Below, piece after piece: positions 58,242 through 64,000 of a stretch of 64,000 bases of DNA. Source of the DNA: Christensenellales bacterium (GTDB taxonomy: Bacteria; Bacillota; Clostridia; Christensenellales; SZUA-584). Position numbers and translations under genes: made by a program. Under the pieces are notes generated by a model. It saw only the letters and a program-made list of their open reading frames with translations. It was not told where the DNA came from and ran no database searches. The DNA lies in assembly GCA_050943215.1 (NCBI GenBank), contig JBMNOU010000004.1, positions 4,363-68,362 of the forward strand, in the 5' to 3' direction. Numbering within the stretch: the stretch's first letter is position 1; every line of letters begins with the position of its first letter.

Positions 58242-59381
58242 ATGCCACTAGAAATTGACGTTGAACAAGACAGCATTGCCAAAATAAAAGTCATCGGTGT
58301 TGGGGGAGCAGGGAACAACGCGATTAACCGAATGATAGAGCATGGATTATCCGGAGCGGAGTTTTATGCCGTTAATACGGACAAGCAGGCGCTGTTGCTG
58401 TCCAAATCAAAAAACAAGATTCAGATAGGGGAAAAGCTAACGAGCGGACTTGGCGTCGGCGGGGATCCGGCTATCGGAAAGCGTGCTGCAGAAGAGAGCA
58501 TTGAGGATTTGACTGCTATGGTTGAAGGCGCGAACCTAGTATATATCGCGGCAGGTCTCGGAGGAGGAACAGGTACGGGCGCCGGGCCGGTTATTGCGGA
58601 GATCGCAAGGCAAAAGAATATACTGACGGTTGCCGTGGTGACGATGCCTTTTATGTTTGAGGGCGGCCAGAGGCTGACGCGCGCAAAGGAAGGATATGAG
58701 ACGCTAAAAGAGGCTGTTGATACAATTGTGACGATACCCAACGACAAGCTGCTTCAGGTCATCGGCAAAGGGACGACTATGCTTGAAGCATTCAGGGTTG
58801 CGGATGATGTACTAAGGCAGGGTATACAAGGCATTACGGAACTTATCGTAAAACCTGCGCTTGTCAACCTCGACTTCGCGGATGTGCGCACGGTCATGTC
58901 CGAAAGAGGCGTTGCACATATGGGCATCGGCGTCGGATACGGGGACAATAAAACGATGGATGCCGCCAAGCAGGCCATACAAAGCCCGCTTCTTGAAACA
59001 AGCATCGAAGGCGCAAGGGGTATTCTCTATAATGTTACAGGGGACCCAACGATGGGGCTGCTCGAGATTGAGGAAGCGGCCAATCTCATTCGTCAGGCGG
59101 CCGATCCGGAAGCCAACATCTTCTTCGGCGCGGATACGGACGACAGCCTCGAGGACGAGGTGCGTATTACAGTTATTGCGACCGGTTTTGACAGCGTGAA
59201 AAAACAGAAACCCATGGCCGTCAGGGAGGAGATTGACGTTTCGGATAGCATCAAAGAGGAGGACTTTATTCCAGTTAAGCCAGAGAAGAAAGGGCCGGTT
59301 TTGGGAAACTTTGCAGATACAAGCAATGATCTTGATATCCCCCCATTCCTAAGAAGAAAACGGACGAAAAGAGATTATTAA
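58242..59381 (+). CDS. ftsZ: Cell division GTPase FtsZ
   Basis: Tubulin signature GLGGGTGTGAGPV and NTDKQAL; C-terminal DIPPFLRRK peptide. Confidence 0.95.
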   Translation: MPLEIDVEQDSIAKIKVIGVGGAGNNAINRMIEHGLSGAEFYAVNTDKQALLLSKSKNKIQIGEKLTSGLGVGGDPAIGKRAAEESIEDLTAMVEGANLVYIAAGLGGGTGTGAGPVIAEIARQKNILTVAVVTMPFMFEGGQRLTRAKEGYETLKEAVDTIVTIPNDKLLQVIGKGTTMLEAFRVADDVLRQGIQGITELIVKPALVNLDFADVRTVMSERGVAHMGIGVGYGDNKTMDAAKQAIQSPLLETSIEGARGILYNVTGDPTMGLLEIEEAANLIRQAADPEANIFFGADTDDSLEDEVRITVIATGFDSVKKQKPMAVREEIDVSDSIKEEDFIPVKPEKKGPVLGNFADTSNDLDIPPFLRRKRTKRDY

Positions 59382-59385
59382 ATAA

Positions 59386-59407
59386 GGGACCCAAACGGGT
59401 CCCTTTT
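59386..59407 (+). terminator. Rho-independent terminator after ftsZ (possibly shared with the convergent gene)
   Basis: Stem GGGACCC / GGGTCCC with loop AAAC, followed by TTTT. Confidence 0.8.
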
Positions 59408-59439
59408 AAAGTGGCTAGTATAATTACTATTTTGATATA

Positions 59440-60360
59440 CTAAAAACCAATGCTTTTCAGATAATTCAAGCTTGCTGTTACATCCTCTAAGCTTTGGTCG
59501 ACATATTTTGAATCTCGTTCTAGCTCAAGGCAAATATATCCGTTATAATCGATTTCTTTAAGTGCTTTTAGGACTGCCGGATAATCTACGGCACCTTTTC
59601 CGATTGAGCACATAACGAATCTGTCACATGCGTCTAAGAAACGGCAATGGTCATTCATTACTTCGTTATATACCTTTAAATCCACATCCTTAAAATGAAC
59701 ATAATCAAGTCGGTCGGCATACTTTTTAAGCCACTCAGCAGGATCCATTTTCGAATAATATAAATGTCCTGTGTCAAGGCACAAGCCGGCTGTTTCGTAT
59801 GGAATATCCGCTGCCATGCGGTCGATTTCTTCTCCGAACTCTATATATCCTCCGGCATGAGGATGTATAACCGGCCGAACACCATATTCTTCCCATGCTA
59901 TTTTAGCCACAGTGCGGAAATGATCCATCATTGTATTCCACTGCGCATCGCTCGGGCTTGGCGCTTTATCTGGGTGGCCCGCAAAACAATCTCGTTCGCT
60001 GTGGCCCCAATCGATCAATACTAAATATGGAGTTGCGTAGTGCTGTTTTTCACCTTTTTCAGCCTTGGGCAGCTTTGAGATAAGCCCGCAAATATCATGC
60101 GCTTGCTGAACAATATTCTTAAAGTATGACTCGGTTAACATATCATCAAAAATCGTTCCCGCGATAATGTTCAAATCATTTTTATGTAGTTCCTCAGATA
60201 CAACGTCCAGATCTAAGGGTAAGTATCCATAGGCCCCAAGTTCCAGTCCCTTATAACCTGCAATCGAAGCTTCTTTTAAAACCCTTTTCCATGGCGGATT
60301 AGGCCTGTCTAGATTATAAACCCCCCAAGAGCAGGGAGCAGTGACAAACTTCATACTCAT
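59440..60360 (-). CDS. Sugar phosphate isomerase/epimerase family TIM-barrel protein (IolE-like)
   Basis: 306 aa with the xylose-isomerase-like TIM-barrel pattern (HPHAGGYIEF, LDTGHL, VHFKD, LELE). AAGGAGG RBS. Confidence 0.7.
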   Translation of the reverse strand: MSMKFVTAPCSWGVYNLDRPNPPWKRVLKEASIAGYKGLELGAYGYLPLDLDVVSEELHKNDLNIIAGTIFDDMLTESYFKNIVQQAHDICGLISKLPKAEKGEKQHYATPYLVLIDWGHSERDCFAGHPDKAPSPSDAQWNTMMDHFRTVAKIAWEEYGVRPVIHPHAGGYIEFGEEIDRMAADIPYETAGLCLDTGHLYYSKMDPAEWLKKYADRLDYVHFKDVDLKVYNEVMNDHCRFLDACDRFVMCSIGKGAVDYPAVLKALKEIDYNGYICLELERDSKYVDQSLEDVTASLNYLKSIGF

Positions 60361-60598
60361 TGTGTGTTCCTCCTTGTGTAATTTTTAATAACCCAGTATC
60401 AGGTTTTTATAGGAAATTGTGTTGATGCTCGAAATAGTAAGCACATTCTAAATGTATCATACTGTAGTGTTTGTGTAAATTAAAAAATAAAAGAAAAAGG
60501 TTTTTATATAATCTTGGATGCAGTGTATTGTGTTTTGAGTAAATATTTTAAAACAATGGGACTGCTAAGCGTAATATCACGGAATGGCCTTAAGTTAA

Positions 60599-60628
60599 TT
60601 GACGAATTGTGTTCACATATATTATAAT
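60599..60628 (+). promoter_or_regulatory. Sigma-A-like promoter for cysS
   Basis: TTGACG (60599-60604), 18-nt spacer, TATAAT (60623-60628); about 30 nt before the TTG start. Confidence 0.6.
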
Positions 60629-60660
60629 GAGCCAGAAATGACAGACGAGGAAGTGTTTTT

Positions 60661-62037
60661 TTGAGAATCTATAACACGCTGACACGGAAAAAAGAAGAAT
60701 TTATCCCATTGGAACAAGGAAAGGCCAAGATTTATGCGTGCGGGCCGACTGTATACCATTACTTTCATATCGGAAACGCGCGCCCGTTTATCATATTCGA
60801 TACTCTAAGGCGGTATCTTGAGTATCGCGGATTGAAAGTGACTTTTGTGCAGAATTTTACCGATGTCGACGACAAGATGATTGCGCGGGCGGCGGAGGAG
60901 AATACGACGGTAAAAGCGCTGGGTGAGCGGTTTATCGGGGAATATTTCAAGGACGCGAATGGGCTTGGCATACGTCCTGCGGATTTTCATCCTAAGGCGA
61001 CGGAGCATATCGGGGATATTATCCGGCTTGTAAAAAAACTTATGGACAATGCTCATGCGTATGAGGTGAACGGAGACGTTTATTTTGATGTATCCAGCTT
61101 TCCGGGATACGGCAGGCTGTCGGGACAATCACTTGAAGAACGTCAGGCAGGAGCTAGGATAGACGTGATGGAAGCCAAAAGGAACTCTGAAGATTTCGCT
61201 CTTTGGAAAGCGGCGAAACCGGGTGAAATCAGCTGGGATAGTCCTTGGGGAAAGGGACGGCCCGGCTGGCATATCGAATGCAGCGCGATGAGCATGAAAT
61301 ATCTTGGCGGCACGATCGATATCCATTGCGGCGGGCAGGATCTGATTTTTCCGCACCATGAAAACGAGATTGCACAATCTGAGGCGGCTACGGGCAAACA
61401 GTTCGCCAATTATTGGATGCACAACGGCTATATCAATGTGGACAACGAAAAGATGTCCAAATCGAAGGGCAATTTCTTTACCGTACGCGATATTGCGGCA
61501 AAGTATGACCTGATGGTAGTCAGGCTGTTTATGCTATCCGCGCATTATAGAAACCCGATCAATTTTTCCGAAGAACTGATCGCCCAGGCGGCGTCTGCGA
61601 TGGCAAGGATTAAGAACTGCCGGGACAATCTTAGGTTTATTGCCGATGCGCCCAGCCAGCATGCTGTGGATGTGTCAGGGTTGGTAAGCACGCTGGAAAA
61701 TAAATTTATCGGGGCTATGGACGACGATCTCAACACGGCAGAGGCAATCGGCGCGATATTTGAGTACATCAAAGACATAAACCTTATTTTTAAACACGGT
61801 GGAGACAAAGCGGGTGCGCAAAAGGCACTTTATGAGCTTGATAGGGTGCTAAGCGTACTCGGGCTCGTGCCACAGCAAGACAGCATCCCAGAAGAAATAA
61901 AAAAAATGGCAGATAGGCGTCAGGAGGCAAGGGCTCGAAAGGATTATGCGGCCGCGGATGCCCTGCGCGATCAGATCTACGCGCTTGGATACGAACTGAA
62001 AGATACGCCGGAGGGTGTAAAAATAAACAAAAGATGA
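60661..62037 (+). CDS. cysS: Cysteine--tRNA ligase
   Basis: TTG start behind GAGGAAG. HIGH-type motif HIGNARP and KMSKS motif present; zinc ligands (CGP, HIEC). Confidence 0.95.
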   Translation: MRIYNTLTRKKEEFIPLEQGKAKIYACGPTVYHYFHIGNARPFIIFDTLRRYLEYRGLKVTFVQNFTDVDDKMIARAAEENTTVKALGERFIGEYFKDANGLGIRPADFHPKATEHIGDIIRLVKKLMDNAHAYEVNGDVYFDVSSFPGYGRLSGQSLEERQAGARIDVMEAKRNSEDFALWKAAKPGEISWDSPWGKGRPGWHIECSAMSMKYLGGTIDIHCGGQDLIFPHHENEIAQSEAATGKQFANYWMHNGYINVDNEKMSKSKGNFFTVRDIAAKYDLMVVRLFMLSAHYRNPINFSEELIAQAASAMARIKNCRDNLRFIADAPSQHAVDVSGLVSTLENKFIGAMDDDLNTAEAIGAIFEYIKDINLIFKHGGDKAGAQKALYELDRVLSVLGLVPQQDSIPEEIKKMADRRQEARARKDYAAADALRDQIYALGYELKDTPEGVKINKR

Positions 62038-62041
62038 TGAG

Positions 62042-62359
62042 GTGTTAGTGTTGGAACAAACATATCAATTGATGGCGGCGTTTATGATCATCGCCGGTGT
62101 CCTTGCGTTATATGCCGCGATCACTGGTAAAGGGCCTGTGTTAAAAAACAGTTATCCCAAAGCGATGAAAGAAGACGCAAATAAGCTTCTCCGAAAATTC
62201 TGCTGGCTAATTGGTCCCGTTGCGACGGTAACAGGAGTGCTCGATTTTATGGGATATTCATGGGCTTACTGGATCAGTATCGCGATTATTCTACCAGCTA
62301 TCGTAGCATACTATATAATTTTTAGAAAAAGGTTTAAACAGCACCTAAAAAAGAAATAA
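62042..62359 (+). CDS. Small membrane protein (three predicted TM segments), function unknown
   Basis: GTG start (62042 or 62048) just after GAGG. Hydrophobic segments and a basic C-terminus. Begins 5 nt after the cysS stop. Confidence 0.55.
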   Translation: MLVLEQTYQLMAAFMIIAGVLALYAAITGKGPVLKNSYPKAMKEDANKLLRKFCWLIGPVATVTGVLDFMGYSWAYWISIAIILPAIVAYYIIFRKRFKQHLKKK

Positions 62360-62424
62360 TAAACATTCGTACACGCATACGCATAACATATACTATGTTA
62401 TGACTGAGCAAAGGGGGAAAATGC

Positions 62425-62778
62425 GTGAGCCAGCTATTTTTTACGCTGCAGAACGAATGGGTACGTTTCAGTAATAATGAAGCCTGTGTTGGGCTGACAG
62501 GAAAAGGAGTTACGGGCGATGTCGTATATATCGAGCTTCCCGAGGTTGGAAAAACGGTTATAAAAGGAGAACCCTGTGCGACAATCGAGTCCGTAAAGTC
62601 TATAATAGAAGTACATGCTCCCGCAACAGGAGTAATATCGGGTATCAATGATAATGTATATGACGACCCTGATATGATAACCAAGTTCCCGCAAGAAACA
62701 TGGTTGTTCAAGGTTGTTTACGAAGGAGATGCCGACATAAGAGGATTGCTTGACGAACGTCAATATAAAGAATTATAG
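62425..62778 (+). CDS. gcvH: Glycine cleavage system H-like lipoyl carrier protein
   Basis: 117 aa, GTG start behind AAAGGGGG. Lipoyl-attachment context CATIESVKSIIEVHAP. No gcvT or gcvP in the window. Confidence 0.75.
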   Translation: MSQLFFTLQNEWVRFSNNEACVGLTGKGVTGDVVYIELPEVGKTVIKGEPCATIESVKSIIEVHAPATGVISGINDNVYDDPDMITKFPQETWLFKVVYEGDADIRGLLDERQYKEL

Positions 62779-62836
62779 TAAAAAATAAGGCTGCTTTTAA
62801 ACGGGCAGCCTCGCTGCTATACAAAGGAGAAAATCA

Positions 62837-63556
62837 ATGAAAAGGGTTTTGGCGGATATAAGCGCTGTGCTAGCTAGCATACTGCTTATTATCGCGATTC
62901 TGATATTGAGTATCGAAGCGTTTGCGATCAATCCTCATTTTTTTCAAAATGAGTATCAGAAGTTAGATACGGCGCAGTCGATAGGCATGAGCGAAGAAGA
63001 CTTAAGTGTTGTGACGCGTGGTCTCCTTGGTTATACGACCGGATCAAGGGACAGCCTTGACATGAAAGCGGCTATAGGCGGCCAATACCGAGAGGTATTC
63101 GGAACCAGGGAAAAAGATCATATGATAGACGTCAAAGCGCTGTATATGGGCTCTAGAACTTTGCGCATCGTTTCATTGGCCGGAGCGGCGTTTTTTATCA
63201 TCATTGCGTTTATCTTAAAAGGCAAAAAAACAGTGCGGACGCTTTGCCGTTCGTTTCTGAGCGTATCGGGCGCGTTTGTTATCGTGGTGGCGGCGATCGG
63301 AATATATGCGGCTATTAATTTTACCGCATTTTGGGCATCTTTTCACCATGTCTTTTTCAGCAACGATCTTTGGAAACTCGACCCTAGGACTGATGTGCTA
63401 ATCATGATGGTCCCCGAACGGTTTTTCTCTGACCTTGTTGCGCGGATTATCATCCGCTTTATATCGATCTTTACTGTACTTAATGTGGCAGCGTTCATGG
63501 GTACTATATTATATAAAAAAACGCAGAAGCGAAAAACGGCTAAAGAGGCAAACTAA
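62837..63556 (+). CDS. TIGR01906/DUF1461-family integral membrane protein
   Basis: 239 aa with 4 TM segments and the conserved [25 protein letters not shown] segment typical of this family. I believe this family includes the lipoprotein intramolecular transacylase Lit, but could not verify that. Confidence 0.6.
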   Translation: MKRVLADISAVLASILLIIAILILSIEAFAINPHFFQNEYQKLDTAQSIGMSEEDLSVVTRGLLGYTTGSRDSLDMKAAIGGQYREVFGTREKDHMIDVKALYMGSRTLRIVSLAGAAFFIIIAFILKGKKTVRTLCRSFLSVSGAFVIVVAAIGIYAAINFTAFWASFHHVFFSNDLWKLDPRTDVLIMMVPERFFSDLVARIIIRFISIFTVLNVAAFMGTILYKKTQKRKTAKEAN

Positions 63557-64000
63557 TGGAAAAAGTAATACTTGCAATTGAAACATCATGTGACGAAACG
63601 GCGGCGGCTGTAACAAAAGGCAGAAAGGTATTGAGCAGCATTGTCTACACACAAAAAGATCACGAAAAATTCGGAGGGGTCGTCCCCGAGATTGCATCCC
63701 GAAACCACATCGTGAAGCTGCCTGAGATCATCGATGATGCGCTAAATGGTGCGGGTATGGATTTTTCGGATATTGAAGCAGTTGCGGTGACGGACGGCCC
63801 GGGACTGATCGGTGCGCTGCTGGTAGGCGTTTCGTATGCCAAAGCGCTCGCGTATTATTTTTCTTTGCCGCTCATACCGGTGAATCATATCGAAGGGCAT
63901 ATATGCTCGCTGTACATAACCCATCCGGATCTTACGCCGCCTTTTTTATGCCTCGTTGTATCGGGCGGGCATACACATATCGTCATGGTCGAAGACTACG
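63556..64000 (+). CDS. tsaD: tRNA N6-adenosine threonylcarbamoyltransferase, 5' partial (cut by window end)
   Basis: Not in the ORF track because no stop is reached. The ATG at 63556 overlaps the upstream stop (TAATG). Translation [19 protein letters not shown]...[11 protein letters not shown]...VNHIEGH matches TsaD/Kae1 N-terminal motifs. Confidence 0.9.
   Translation, partial: MEKVILAIETSCDETAAAVTKGRKVLSSIVYTQKDHEKFGGVVPEIASRNHIVKLPEIIDDALNGAGMDFSDIEAVAVTDGPGLIGALLVGVSYAKALAYYFSLPLIPVNHIEGHICSLYITHPDLTPPFLCLVVSGGHTHIVMVEDY

Noticed and set aside
60361-60660. Possible T-box riboswitch upstream of cysS
   Set aside because: I searched the 300-nt upstream region for the conserved T-box sequence (AGGGTGGNACCGCG-like) and a terminator/antiterminator pair and found neither. 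A plain sigma-A-like promoter sits ~30 nt from the start.
62788-62811. Hairpin AGGCTGC...GCAGCCT after the GcvH-like gene
   Set aside because: A good stem, but no T-tract follows on the plus strand (the A-tract is upstream). Not called as a terminator.
1-64000. Scan for tRNA, rRNA, tmRNA, RNase P or prophage/defence-island signatures
   Set aside because: I saw no tRNA-like T-arm (GGTTCGAATCC-type) outside coding sequence, no rRNA-like segments, and no integrase, restriction, toxin-antitoxin, Cas or reverse-transcriptase-like ORFs. This is by eye only. tRNAscan-SE, Infernal and DefenseFinder would be decisive.

Overview
64-kb chromosomal window from a Firmicute with Clostridia-type gene content. 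That placement is inferred only from what is visible: bcd-etfBA, SpoVD/SpoVE/CwlD-like genes, Gram-positive lipoboxes and AGGAGG-type RBSs. All calls come from reading motifs and architecture by eye; no database search was run. I call 56 protein-coding genes (one cut by the window end), 2 pseudogene regions, 1 decayed IS3-family element, several in-frame tandem repeats, and a set of rho-independent terminators and sigma-A-like promoters. I saw no rRNA, tRNA, CRISPR array or recognisable riboswitch. Layout: 0-3 kb holds bcd-etfBA. 3-13.4 kb is a polyol/sugar locus with two Zn-dependent dehydrogenases, an RbsABC-like transporter and a YesM/YesN-like two-component system. 13.8-17.4 kb is a short glycan locus (priming phosphotransferase, galE, GT2). 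17.4-20.5 kb is a decay zone with a frameshifted solute-binding-protein pseudogene, a flavin-reductase-like gene and an IS3-family relic. 20.6-22.7 kb carries two tandem paralogous lipoproteins. 22.8-28.7 kb (minus strand) carries an ABC ATPase / ABC-2 permease / kinase-less 7xPASTA membrane protein operon plus an MFS transporter. A CwlD-like amidase sits at 28.9 kb. 29.9-39.4 kb is an atypical lipoamide-dependent 2-oxoacid/acetoin-type dehydrogenase cluster. It has a fused E1 alpha-beta, an embedded SDR, an E2 with two lipoyl domains, an embedded GntR and an E3. Upstream of these lie a second GntR, a C_GCAxxG_C_C protein and a D-2-hydroxyacid dehydrogenase. 39.6-45.5 kb holds Mrp/NBP35, a Cys-rich orphan, a MATE transporter, a 55-aa basic ORF missing from the ORF track, a BclA-C/C1q-like protein and an alkaline phosphatase. 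45.8-59.4 kb is a dcw cluster (mraZ to ftsZ) with a 10-bp-phased MraZ-box array. 59.4-64 kb holds a TIM-barrel enzyme, cysS, a small membrane protein, a GcvH-like protein, a TIGR01906 membrane protein and tsaD (partial). Best candidates for something undescribed are the dehydrogenase cluster, the ABC-PASTA operon, and the group of orphan and possible spore-surface proteins at 40.6-43.9 kb.
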